Position numbers and translations under genes: made by a program. A model generated the notes under the pieces. The model saw only the letters and a program-made list of their open reading frames with translations. It was not told the origin of the DNA and did no database searches. A stretch of 62,857 bases of DNA, the filler included, from Chiloscyllium plagiosum (taxonomy: Eukaryota): NCBI RefSeq assembly GCF_004010195.1. It is 3 parts of one record of this genome, joined end to end, with 100 filler letters (N's around TTAATTAATTAA, not from the genome) between each part and the next. Parts side by side here need not be neighbours in the genome. Positions count along the whole stretch, not along the records: positions 28,945 to 58,708 come from NC_057716.1; positions 58,809 to 62,857 come from NC_057716.1; 1 more part is not named here. One strand, written 5' to 3'. How positions within the stretch are numbered: position 1 is the stretch's first letter; every line of letters begins with the position of its first letter. Below, in pieces: positions 49,901 through 62,310 of this stretch.

Positions 49901-50910
49901 ACCTTCGGGATTATAAAACAGAACAAGTTAGAGGAAACCTACAACACCATCAACAGTATCCTTACTGGCATAAAATTTACAAAAGAGGAGGAGAACAACA
50001 AAACAGACTCCCATTCCTAGATGTCACAGTAGAATGAACAGTTAATGGAGAACTTCAACACGCGATGAACAGAAAAACAACACATACAGACTAAACACTT
50101 CTCTACAGAAGCATCCCAACACCCACATACGGAGCTGCATCAGGACATTATTTCAATGAGCCACAACACACTGCAGCACCCACGAACTATGAACAGCCAA
50201 AGAAAAATACCTGTACAGCGTATTTAGGAAGAACGGGTACCCAATAAAAACACAGTCTTCTGATTTCTCAATAACAAACCTAAACAAGCAGACACAATGT
50301 GCCCAGAACCTCTAGCCACATTACCTTACATCAAAGACATCTCTGAAATGACTTCCAGACTACTCAGACCCCTTGGTATCATAGCAGTTCACAAACTACC
50401 AACACACTTAAATAAGGCTAATGAACCTAAAGGATCCCATAATAACAACCAGCAAACTGAATGTCATTTACAAAATACCATGCAAGGATTATAATAAACA
50501 CTACATCGGACAAACTAGCCACCAGGATACATGAACACCAACTAGCCACCAAAAGACATTACCCACTGTCGCTAGTATCCTTATGTACAGGTGAGGAAAA
50601 ACACCACTTTGGCTGGGACAACACATCCATCATAGGATAAGCTAAACAGAGACCCGCATAGGAATTCCTAGAGGCCTGGCATTCTAACCGGAACTCCATC
50701 AATGAGCACATCAATTTGGACCCCATCTACCATCCTCTGAGAAAAAGAACCGGAAATGATATCACCCACATAAACAGAGCAAGATACATAAATAAAAAGT
50801 GGGACATAACACCAGCGCTTCACCAGAGGCTCGGTGATGATATTACCTAGTATGGTGACAAAATGTCTGAAAAACAAATCTTCCAGCTCAGCGAGCAAAC
50901 TTACCACCCA
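46982..50910 (-). mobile_element. Large decayed Poseidon-type PLE: - strand ORF (~49290->46982) preceded by a pLTR (~49290-49695) and an inverted + strand copy (~49697-50910)
   Basis: ILVRGLNY, PADKG, YFYGLPKVH, YKQINGTPMGSSIS.FLAEAVMQRL, YMDD/YVDD, LPYIKDISEMTSRLLRPLGI; GIY-YIG and pLTR present in both orientations. Confidence 0.88.
47167..47466 (-). mobile_element. HE1/V-SINE inserted in the PLE
   Basis: A/B boxes (tggtacagtgg, ggttcgattcc), V-domain, (tctaa)n tail. Confidence 0.9.
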
Positions 50911-50966
50911 TCAATCAAGTTTACTATATTCTCCTTTTCTCAGAAATACTGCTCTGCACATGTATT

Positions 50967-51402
50967 GGAAGATAGTGAGGACTGCAGATGCTGGAATAGT
51001 CAGAGTCGATAATGTGTGGTGCTGGAAAAAGCACAGCAGGTCAGGCAGCACCTGAGGAGCAAGAGAGTCAACATTTCGGGCTTGATCCCTTATCAGGACT
51101 GGGGATGCCATCCAAGATCCAACCCTCTGATACGTTCCGCCCTCTTGACCTGACCTACCTGTCCATCTTCCTACCCACCTATCTGCTACACACTTACCAC
51201 CAACCTATCACATTCACTTACTACTTTCGCCCACCCATCACCATCCCAACTACCTTTCTCCAGCCCCACCCCCTCTTTACTTCTCAGCCTCTTCCCCCTC
51301 CCCAGGCCTGATGAAGGTTTAAGCCTGAAATGTTAATTCTCTTGTTCCTCAGATGCTGCCTGACCTGCTGTGCTTTTTTCCAATGCCACGCTTTATTGGC
51401 TC
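50967..51402. mobile_element. Inverted pair of Neptune-type pLTR fragments, each with a hammerhead-like motif (51066-51100 on -, 51306-51336 on +)
   Basis: - strand AGTC-CTGATAA-GGG..CCC-GAAA-TGTT-GACT; + strand CTGATGA-AGGT-ttaa-GCCT-GAAA-TGTT. Confidence 0.78.
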
Positions 51403-51639
51403 TATAGATGCATTTCTATGCAATTACTTCATAGCACTGCCCAAGATAAAGTAAAACTGAAACAATAATTCTCCCCTCTAAGCTATGGATGTTTCCCAAA
51501 AGCTTAAATGTTTCTAACAGACCTTAAAGCAAAATGATTCACCTTACTAAGTCATAAAATGTAATTATAGAGGATGGCTTGTTGTAATCTACATTACAAA
51601 CTATATATTATCAAAGACATTGGTTTGCTGTGAATAGAA

Positions 51640-51790
51640 GAAAGAACTTGCATTCATATGTTACCTGTTACCTTTCACCATTTTTGGAAGTTCTAACGCA
51701 CATAGAGACAGTGAAATGTTTTGAAGTATAGTCAATTTTGTAATGTAGGAAAAGCAGCAACCAATTTTTGCAGAACTGTCCCAAAAATGG
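51640..51790 (-). mobile_element. Ancient DeuSINE (SacSINE1/AmnSINE-like) fragment
   Basis: ttgaagtatagtcaattttgtaatgtaggaaaagcagcaaccaatttttgc resembles the Deu-domain consensus as I recall it. Confidence 0.55.
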
Positions 51791-52599
51791 CTTACATTCT
51801 GTGATAATATAGCTGTTGGCATGGAACCTAATCTCTAGGGGAGGATCAAGCCACAGGGTCCAAACTATTCTTAATTAGAAGTGGAATTTTTATCAGCATG
51901 TGTTAATATCAGAATGGAAATGTAGACAGCCTGGTGGTATCAGAATAGTGGCTGCTGGGGTCACTCAGTTTTGAAGTGTGTTCAAAGTTGGATACAAGGG
52001 GAGACTTAGGAATACACTTCCTTGATCAGGCAGACAAGCTCATTGCAGAAGCGATGGCCATCATACTAGCCACTGATGAAGATGTAACAAGATGCGGGGA
52101 TGGGTTAGTGATATGATCATCCATGAGCTTAATATGGCATGGTTAGCACCCAAAGAGAGAGAAATGTGGAAGGAATGCAGGCGCAATGTAGAGCCAACAA
52201 CAATTAATTATGTATTTTCAAATTATTCTTGTATATTTGACCTTACTTTCATTTTATTTATTGATGTGGCAACACAACTGGATTTCCACTTTTTAACACT
52301 TAGTTGTTCAAGTCTTTGAGTGTAAATATTTTTTAAATTTGTGTAAAATTGTATCTTTGCACAATCATCTAGAAGTAGAAGTAAGTAAGTAGAAGTAAGC
52401 ACAACAACATTAGTTAAAAGTTTAATATTATTAAGCCCTGTTCATAACCCCTCTATAAGTATTAGAAAAACAAGTGTCGTCAAGACAATTGCTAGCTGGC
52501 TTCAAATGCATATTTGAATGGAAGGTGTTGATCAAAGTACCATTTTTAATATCTAAGACTCGATTCCTTTGGGGTAATTTTTAATTTTTTTTTGTAACT

Positions 52600-53045
52600 C
52601 TATAACATCACTCAGCTACAGCCCTGTCTCTCCTCATCTGCTTATGAAGCCCTCATGCATGTCGTCTTTATCTCTTGACTCAACTACTCCAGTGCACCTG
52701 GTTGGACTCTCACATTCTACCCTATGTAAACTCAGCTCTGAGCTCACACCAAGTTCCATTCTATACCACCCAGTGTTCTCTATTTTCATTGGCTGCCAGT
52801 CAAGCAAGTCTGAAATACCTGCACTCTTCTAATGATGGCCACTTGAGAATTTCTAAATTATAATTGCTGTACCAGTGGTGACTGTGACTCAGTGGCCTGG
52901 TCACCAAGACCTGGTATTCCTCCTTAAACTTCTCTGCCACTCGACCTCACTTTCATCTTTTGAAATATGCCTCTTTGACCAAACCTTTGGCAATCTATTA
53001 TCTCCATATGTGGCTCATTTTCATATTTTGTTTTATAATGCTGTT
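52600..53045 (+). mobile_element. Ancient L2 3' remnant
   Basis: cttgactcaactactcc (LDYxN-like), cattggctgccagt (HWLPV), ctctttgaccaaacctttgg 3' end. Confidence 0.55.
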
Positions 53046-53087
53046 TGAACAACATCAACATCAATTAAAAACACTATATAAATATAA

Positions 53088-53252
<165 letters not shown>

Positions 53253-53686
53253 TAATTGACAAATTTTGAATATTTTACTTGTAATCACATAAAGTAGATG
53301 CGAAGAAATTAATTGGAGTGAATGGTGGCTGAAAAAGAAGCTGATACTTCTAATGGAGACTGAAAAGTCAGATTTCTTTACTTTGTTCAAGGATATCAGA
53401 TATTAATACTTCTAACCAAAAGCAGAATATCTTATTAAAGCTGCAAAATCATATACTTAGAAACCCTTTTTTTAATATTTTGTTCCCAAAAAATTTCTTT
53501 TTGAGTGGAATAGTTGGTTCTTTGTCAGAAAGAAATGAACTTGCAACACTGCAGGTTTTCACCATCTTTATGTTATATAACTTCATATCAGTGACCTAAT
53601 ATTTGTAAGAAAATATTCTTACAAGACTCTCCTTCCCAAAATGCACATCAGTTTGTATGTGAATGGATAGAAGGTAGTCTTGATTG

Positions 53687-54090
53687 AATCACAGAATTCC
53701 TACAGTGCAGAAAGAAGCTGTTCAGCACATTTAGTCTGTGCCGACCCTTTAAAGTATATCCCACCTGTACCCAGCCCTCTGCCCTATCCCTGTAACCCCA
53801 TATTTACCATGGCTAATTCACCTTGCCTACGTATCCCTTGATGCTACAGACAATTTAGCATCCAGCTCCTCGGATGCTGCCTGACCTGCTGTGCTTTTTC
53901 AGTGCAACATTTTTTGAGACAATTTAGCATGACAATCCACCTAACCTGCACTGTGGGAGGAGACCATAGCACCCAACTGAAATCTACGCAGACATGGGAA
54001 GAATGTACAAACTCCACACAATCACCTAAGGCTGGAATTGAACCTGCGTCCCTGGCACTGTGAGACAGCAGGGCTAACCACTGTGCTGTC
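53687..54090 (-). mobile_element. Older HE1/V-SINE carrying a 55-bp PLE-terminus insertion (53862-53916)
   Basis: A/B boxes and V-domain on -; insertion flanked by perfect 14-bp TSD agacaatttagcat (53848-53861 and 53917-53930). Confidence 0.85.
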
Positions 54091-54589
54091 CAATCAATTT
54101 TGTCAATCAATATGTCAAAGAATGAATTCGGCAAAAGCCTCTTTTAGATCCAGCATTGTGCCATGAAAATGAGTTCATGAATGGCCTTGTATCAAAGGGA
54201 CCTATATGGAGCAGTGCAATGTTGTTGGAATTCTGTATTGAGCTTGAAAGCAATACATTTAAATCCAAAACAATGGTACTAAATCTGAACAAAGCAGACC
54301 ATGTAGGTATGAGGGACAAGTTAATTAATGTGTTTAATGGATCAATTATTATTTGCAACAGTTGTGGTTGCTCTTAAGGAAAAATAATGCTATGCGAAAA
54401 TGACTAACATGAGAGTTAAAAATAGATCAGGGGGGAAAATTATAGTTACCAATAAGTGCAGTCATAAAATTGGAAAGATTCTAGAATTTGGTAAAAGATT
54501 AGCAAGAGATTGATCGAGAAAAGTAAATCTCAGCATAAAATAGCAAAAGATAAACAAACATTGCAAGAAGGTTCTATAGGTATGCAGAA

Positions 54590-54904
54590 AGATTAGATTA
54601 GATTACTTACAGTGTGGAAACAGGCCCTTCGGCCCAACAAGTCCACACCGACCCGCCGAAGCGCAACCCACCCATACCCCTACATTTACCCATTACCTAA
54701 CACTACGGGCAATTTAGCATGGCCAATTCACCTGGCCTGCACATCTTTGGACTGTGGGAGGAAACCGGAGCACCCGGAGGAAACCCACGCAGACACTGGG
54801 AGAATGTGCAAACTCCACACAGTCAGTCGCCTGAGGCGGGAATTGAACCCGGGTCTCTGGCGCTGTGAGGCAGCAGTGCTAACCACTGTGCCACCGTGCC
54901 ACCC
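54590..54904 (-). mobile_element. Young complete HE1/V-SINE
   Basis: CpG-rich; A-box tggcacagtgg, B-box ggttcaattcc, V-domain gtgtggagtttgcacattctccc, CR1-like 3' end and (tctaa)n tail. Confidence 0.93.
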
Positions 54905-55224
54905 TAGGAAGGAATAAACAAAAAGTGTTCACTCCCAAGCCAGGAAATTCTCAAGTCCACAAATCAAAATGCCTTGATTGTTGTTAACTTTGGTTCCAGA
55001 CTGCAGGTGTTAATGGGAATTCAACCCTCCACACCTGCAAGCAATACAGAGGCCCTCCAGGGACTGGCAGGTTTGGAAGTATGCTGTTTAAAAGGCTGGC
55101 CTCAGTGACTGCTGTTAAAAATACCCACCAGCTTCCATCCCAAATATCCTGTCAACCTATTCACATACTCTGCCATCCTCTCAAGTGGCACCTGCAAAGG
55201 AATAACCTGCTCACTGATGTTTGG

Positions 55225-56165
55225 CTGCTGCCAGGGCCATCTTGTGACCTAACTGCAACCTTGGTTTAAACATGGACAAAACATCTGAATTCCAGAGTTG
55301 AGGTAAGAGTGGCTGCCCTTGTCATCAAGGTGATATTTGACCAAGTACACCATCAAGACACCCAGCAAAACTGGAGTCAATCAGAATCAAGGGTATGGGA
55401 AATTTCCCACTGAATGGAGTGTTAAGTATAACATATAGGAAGATGGTTGTGATTCTAGGAGGTCAATCATCTCAACTCCAAGGTGTGCTGTTAAGAGTTA
55501 TTCAATGTCGTGTCTGAGACCTGACCATCTTCAGCTGCTTCATCAATGACGTTTATAAGATCAGAAATTGCACAATGTTCAGCACCATTCACAGCAACTC
55601 AGATATAGAAGCACTGTGTATCCTTATGCAGCAAGACCTGAAAACATCCAAGGTTGGGCTGATTGGTGACAACTAAGCTTCATGCTACACAAGTACAAAG
55701 CAATCACCATCCACATCAGGGGACAATCTAACCATCATTGCTTGAATCTAAAGGTCAGTGCATCACAGAATTCTGCTGTAAACATCTTATGGAAACTCAC
55801 CTGGATTAGCCATTATGGTAGTGTGGCTTTGGCTATAAGAGCAGATCAGAAGCTAGCAATTCTGTAGTGAATAACTCCCCACCTACCTCCCCAATGTGTT
55901 TCCACTATTAACAGGCCACAAGTAAGGAGTGTGAATACTCTCCACTTGCCTGGATTAATGCAATTACACCAACATTCAAGAACCTTGACACCATCCAAGA
56001 TCAAGCAGACTATTTAATTGACAACCAATCCACCACCTTGAATGATTTTTCCATGCACCACTGACACACAGTAACTGCAGTGTGACTACCATCTGCAAGA
56101 TGCACTGCAGTAACTCGCCAAGACTCCTGCACATCAGCTTCAAAACAGCTCCCTCTACCATTTAC
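55225..56165 (+). mobile_element. Ancient CR1/L2-group LINE of a distinct family (related pieces at ~19030-19620 + and ~59330-59570 -)
   Basis: Degenerate RT: DLTATLV*TWTKHLNSRVEVRVAALVIKVIFDQV; PTIFSCFIND; KAQVRSV.EYSPLAW-like. Confidence 0.6.
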
Positions 56166-56489
56166 AAGCAAAGTTTTGAGCATTTTCTTGAGAGTTTAGA
56201 AGACTGAACGGTGATCTCATTCAAACCTATAAAATTCTACAGGGATCAGCAGTGTAGATTATAACCTTTACTGTGAAGCCTCTTCCAAGGATACCTACCT
56301 TAAAGACGATCTCCTTCTCTCTCTATAACCGAGGATGCTGCCTGACCGGTTAGGCTTTTCCAGCACCACACTCTCTAATGTGGATGCAAATAGGGTGTTT
56401 CCCCTTGCTGGAAGTGTCTGAAATCAGGAGACACTGTCTCAGAAAAATGAACAGGTCATTTAGGATTGAGATGAGAGTTTTGAAAGCTT

Positions 56490-57475
56490 ACATCAAACAC
56501 AGAACTGTACAGCACAGCCCAGGATGTTATGCCGAGCGTGGTGCCAAATTAAACTAATCCCTTGATCCATATTCTTCCACTGCTTGCATGTTCATGTGAT
56601 TATCTAAAAGCCCCTTTAACGCCCCTTTACATCTACCATCACCATCCCGGCAGTATGTTACAGACTCCTACCACTCTCTGTGTAAAAAAAAATCTTGCCC
56701 CTCACATCTCCTTTGAACTTTTCCCTTCTCATCATAAATGCATGCCCCCTTGTTTTAGACTCTGGGGGAAAAAGATTCTGACTGTTAACCCTATCTGTGC
56801 ATCTTATGATTTTACAGACTTCTATCAAGTCTCCCCTCAGCTTCCGCTACTCAAGAGAAAACAACCAGAGTTTTTTCTAGACCTATTATAGCTCATACCC
56901 TCTAATCCAGGCAGCATCCTAGTAAACTTCTTCTGCACCCTCTCCAAAGCCTCCACATCCTTCCTAAAATGTGGCAATACCCTAAGTGTGGCCTAACCAA
57001 AGTTTTATAAAGCTGCAACATAACATCCTGACTCTTGTACTCAATTCCCTGATCAGTAATGGCAAGCATGCTTATACCACCCTATCTACTTGAGTGGCCA
57101 CTTTTGGGGAGCTATTAACTTGAACCCAAGATCCCTCTGTACTGTACTGTTCATGGTCCTGCCATTAACTATACTTTTCCTTAATACTTGAACTGTCGAA
57201 GTGCAGCACCTCCCACTTACCCAGATTAAACTCCAACTGTCATTTCTTCACCCATGTCTGCAACTGATCTATATCCCACTGTATCCTTTGACAACCTTCT
57301 ATGCTATTGAAAACTCCACCAATCTTTGTAAAGTCTGCAAGCCTACTAACTCATTCATATACATTTTCTTTCAAGTCATGTAATATATATAACAGAAGTC
57401 CCGGTACAGATTCCTGAGGAACACCACTGGTCATAGACATCTAGCCAGAAAAGCACCCTTCACCACTACCTTCTA
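56490..57475 (-). mobile_element. CR1 3' portion
   Basis: Reverse-strand RT/thumb and 3'UTR typical of CR1 (ccctctccaaagcctccacatccttcc; ggaacaccactggtca = GVPQ). Confidence 0.8.
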
Positions 57476-57477
57476 TG

Positions 57478-58708
57478 CCTCGACTGCCTGAACTGCTGTG
57501 CTTTTCCAGCACCACTAATCCAGAATCTGGTTTCCAGCATCTGCAGTCATTGTTTTTACCTAGTTGATTTTAACCCTACTGCGAAACCTCTTGCAAGGAT
57601 GCCTGCCTTGAAGAAGTTTTCCTCCTCTCTCCATAAGAATCTCAGGGAGTCCCTCTCCCACTGCAACTCCCAGGTCATTTCCTCTGCCCTGAAACTCTTC
57701 AACCATGTCCTGAAACAAACTCGCTACCACAGCCACATTTGCTTCCTCAGTGCATGCCTCCGTAACCAACTCATCCCACACGGACTCCGGACCACCTTTA
57801 AACCAGCAGAGTTCGGACCCGAACATGACAAACAGTACAGACTACAGATTCAAAAACACCAGCAACAGTTCTCCTTCAAGATCCTCCGCTCCATGCTCAC
57901 AGCAATGCGCCGGTACCTAACCTCTCTACAGTCAGCCCTGCCTCAGCTGAGGTTCACACCCTCTCAGAATTGCAAAGGACCCACTCTGTACTACATCCTC
58001 AGGAGAATTCATACTCTCAACAAACAGAATTTGAACTCCATCTCAAACATCAAAAACTGTGAGTAAAACAAACTTTTATCTACCCACCTCCATAACCAGC
58101 GCTCTTAAAACACTCCAGAAGATTCCCCCGGCCTCTGCAACTGCTCAGATGCCATTAGCCATGCAGCTGGTGCAGCAGCCACCCCCACGCTGATTGATGA
58201 TGTCACTTCCACCCCCACCATGGCCATTCCCACAGCCACTTGTGCCCCTCACAATTCCTCATGCATCACACGTGACATCACTTCCGCCCCTCACATCATC
58301 GCTGATGTCACACGCTCAGTGACTTCCGCCACCCCTACTGCTGTGTTTGCCACCACTTCCGCCCCCACCAACGCCACTCACTTGCATTCTGCTGACACGC
58401 CCTCCACAGATCCCACTGTCAGCATCCCTGCCCCCCAGAACCCTGAGGGGAAAGTATCCCTGCTCATGACTGCACCCCCATTCCCACCACCATCACACCC
58501 ACTCCAGTTACAGGCTCCGCCCCCACTCCCAGCTCCACACCCACACCAGATCCCAGCTCCCAGCCCTGCCGAGTTTTCACCATTCCTCCAGACCTTCCCC
58601 TCACTGAGGACGAACAATCAGTTCTCAGCAAAGGCCTCACCTTCATCCCCCTCCGTCCACACGTCAATGATTTTAATGCACGCTGTGACGTCGAACACTT
58701 CTTCCGCC
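57478..58708 (+). mobile_element. 5' part of a young Neptune-type PLE: pLTR tail, N-terminal ORF, Thr/Pro-rich linker, start of RT N-extension
   Basis: pLTR end ...ccagcatctgcagtcattgtttttacct; HICFLSACLRNQLIPHGL; VFTIPPDLPLTEDEQSVLSKGLTFIP...DVEHFFR up to the gap. Confidence 0.85.
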
Positions 58709-58808
58709 NNNNNNNNNNNNNNNNNNNNNNNNNNNNNNNNNNNNNNNNNNNNTTAATTAATTAANNNNNNNNNNNNNNNNNNNNNNNNNNNNNNNNNNNN
58801 NNNNNNNN
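58709..58808. other. Artificial 100-bp scaffold linker (N44-TTAATTAATTAA-N44)
   Basis: Same as 28845-28944. Confidence 0.95.
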
Positions 58809-58909
58809 ACGTGCAAACTCCACACAGTCAGTCGCCTGAGGCGGGAATTGAACCCGGGTCTCAGGCGCTGTGAGGCAGCAGTGCTAACCACTGTGCCACC
58901 GTGCCGCCC
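58809..58909 (-). mobile_element. HE1/V-SINE 5' part
   Basis: Nearly identical to 54804-54904. Confidence 0.9.
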
Positions 58910-61469
58910 ATTTCTAGATAGAAATGCAATTTAAATGTTAAACGTTTGTGGATGAATGGCCACTTGCCACTTGTCAACTCAAGCCTGGATATTGTCCAAA
59001 CCCTGCTGCATTTGGTCATGGCTGTCTCAGAATCTGAGGAGTCATGAACATTGTGCAGTCATCAGGAAACATCCCCACTTTTAATGTTGTCTAATGAGCT
59101 TTAATGCATGGAATGTGTTGCCAGCTGAGGTGGTGGAAGCGAAGTCACTGGGGACACTTAAGCGACTGCTGGACATGCACATGAATAGCAGTGAGTTGAG
59201 GGGTGCGTAGGTTAAGTTACTATATTGTACATTAGGATTAAGTTTTGGCACAACATCATAGGCCTAAGGGCCTGTTCTGTGCTGTACTTTTCTATGTTCT
59301 ATGTTCTGGCCCAATGATAGAGGGAAGGTCATTGATAGTTGGGCCAAGAGCATAACCCTGGGGAACTCGTGTAGAGATATTCTGCAGCTGAAATGACTGA
59401 CCTCCAACCATCAGATCCATTCTCCTTTGTGCCAGGTATCACTCCAACCAGTGGAGAGATTTTTCTTGATTTCCATTGACTCCGGTTTTGCTTGAGCTCC
59501 TTGATATCACACTCATTCAAATGTGGTCTTGGTGACAAGGGCAGCCACTCGCATCTTCCCTTGAATTACTCTCCTGCCCCTGGCCTGGTATTTGTGCATA
59601 AATAAAGGTAAGCGCTATTAGCCAGTAGATGTTGGCCCATTAATTAGAGCATGTCCAAGTTATATGAACGCTTGCTCAACTGAATGTGAGATAAAAAATA
59701 GTTTAAAGGGGAGTTAATATAGCCAAGACTTTCTGTAAAGCTTGGATTTATTGAGTTAGCAGTGGGGATGTTTCCTGATGACTGTACAATGTTCATGATA
59801 GTATTAATGTGATGATTTTCATGCAGGAGATTCATACAATATACTCTGTACTTATATAGAATAAAAGACAATAATAGCAAATAGTTAGCACTCATATTTT
59901 TCATAGTGAATTTGCCTGCTAAGTTTCTATCTGTTTTAGCTGCAGATATTTTCTATATCCTTATGTCAACCATAGAAGCACAATTACTCAACGACAATAA
60001 GTTTAAGAGAGCAAGAGCACTTAATCCAACATGACAGATTTATGCCATGCATGGGAGCTCACCTCCTGAAGACTTGTCTGGAAAACTTCCAGTGATATCC
60101 CAGAGCTCTTAAGTTCTGGACCATTTAATACTTGGTCATGTATTAGAACAAGTCTTATTTTACAAGCAATCTTGATGACAACAATTAATCATTTTAAACT
60201 AATGTTCTCTTTCAGACTACTGTATTTACTTACCAACTTACTCTTTAAGTGAAATAGATGTTCCATTTCAAAATAATTCAGCTAACACTAATTTCCTATG
60301 TGGAAAAATGTGTTCACTTTGTAATTTAAGAAATAATAAATCTGCATTATAAATAGAATCAGAATGACACAGGATAAAACAATCCCATTTGGTCTATTGA
60401 GCCTCTGCTAGCACTTTCACTGACCACTGTTCACACACTAGTTAGAAAGATCACTTTCCTGCTTTGATTAAAAATAATCAATTTTTAATAATTAATCCCA
60501 CTTCTTTGCTCTTTCTCTATATTCATTTAAATCCCTTGCCATTGATTTTCTTGTGAAACTATCTTTGAACAGACAACTTCAGGAGTTTGCATCTCCTAAC
60601 TTTCCCAGCAACATCATACAGTTGGGTCAGGGTCTGAATATCTTGTAGTTCACAGACAGTTGGAGAAATGTGCACCAGCTTCTGGATTTGAGAATCTCAT
60701 GAAAAATAAGTTTAAAAAAATCTTAACCATGCACATTCCATAGTACTTATGTTAACAAATGCACTTCATGATTTCTTACATCCTCCATATTAACTTGCGT
60801 CCCATCCTACCACATGGTGCCCATGGCCAACATGCTAATATATTGAAATCAAGATACAGAGTGTGTATATATTTGTATTTTAATACTGTTTACTGCACGG
60901 TTGGGCTCTTGGAATTCTAAGTTAAACGCATGTGTTTGTCTATATTTTTAAGAGTTAATAATTAACTTTTAAAAATTTACCCATTATTGCAGATGAGAGG
61001 AACTTAACCAGAATTTGTGGGGACCTATCCTGAGGGCTTAAGGAGGTATTTTTCCACATTCTGACTTTTTTTTCTGTGCTGTGAATTTGTTCAAGAAAGA
61101 AGTATGTAGTAAGTTTTGAAGTGCTGAGAAACCTTTGATGGTGTAACACGTGCTAAGTGGAATTCCAAAGGAAAGGAGTTTCAAACAGTGAAATCATTTT
61201 GGATGTTCATATCTGTCCAAGATTGGAGTGTCATGATATAGCTAGTGTAAAAGAAGTTAGTGCAAAAGATTGGAAATAGAAGCTATTGGGAATTGTATGG
61301 AAGTGGAAGGCATCTAAGTCAAGAGCATAAAAATATTGATAGTAAATAAGAGGTTATCTACAATTCCAGCAGATGAGTTGAAATTTCAAGTTGAGCTAAT
61401 CTTTAAATAAAAAGAGAATATGTCCTTAGGAAATAAATTAAACTGTATCTTGCTGGAGCTACACGACCA

Positions 61470-62148
61470 GGTAAGCTGTATCAGGGTGTCCTGATTCTGA
61501 TGCATCCTGTCAGATGTGGGAGATTAGGGAGTATTTCCATGTTACTGCAGGAAGTGTGTTTTGCTGCAAATCCTATTGGGTTGTACGGATCAGTTGGAGT
61601 GGCAGTTAGAGGCAATGAGGAATTTACTGAAGCTAGGGGGTGTGAGAAATGGCAGATGCAGGAGGGAAGATAAACGGGAGATACAATCAGGGAGATGAGT
61701 TACCTCCAGGAAAGATAGGAGAGGGAGGCAGCTCATGCAGAAGTCCCCTGTGGCTACCTCCATCTCAAACAAGTATGCTGTTTTGGAACATGTAGGGGTG
61801 ATGGACTGGGCATGGACAGCCAGGTTTCTGGTACTGAGACTGGCTCTAATGTAATGAGGGGTACGTCAGCTTCCAAGTGATCAATTGTGATAGGGGTCTC
61901 TCTATTCAGAGGCACAGACAGACATATCTGTTGCTGACAGCAAGACATCTGAAAGTTGTGTTGCCTCCCTGGAGTCTGTATCAAGGATATCTCAGAGACG
62001 GTGCAGAATATTCTCAAAAGGGAGAGGGACCAGTAGGAGGTCATTGTATAGATTGGAATTAACAATATTAGAAGAGAGAAGGATGAGATTCTGAGGACAG
62101 AATATAGGACGTTAGGCAGGAATTTAAGAAAGGAAATCTTTGAGGGTT
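61470..62148 (+). mobile_element. Decayed CR1 ORF1 fragment (zinc finger and SGNH esterase)
   Basis: SCQMWEIR...CRKCV; SPVATSISNKYAVL; IVIGVSLFRGTDRHIC; VCCLPG. Confidence 0.8.
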
Positions 62149-62310
62149 GAGTCATAGAGTCATAGAGATGTACAGCACGGAAACAGACCCTTCAGTCCAA
62201 CTGGACAGAATATAGGACGTTAGGCAGGAATTTAAGAAAGGAAATCTTTGAGGGTTGAGTCATAGAGTCATAGAGATGTACAGCACGGAAACAGACCCTT
62301 CAGTCCAACT
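62095..62310 (+). repeat. Perfect 108-bp tandem duplication
   Basis: 62095-62202 is identical to 62203-62310. Confidence 0.95.
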
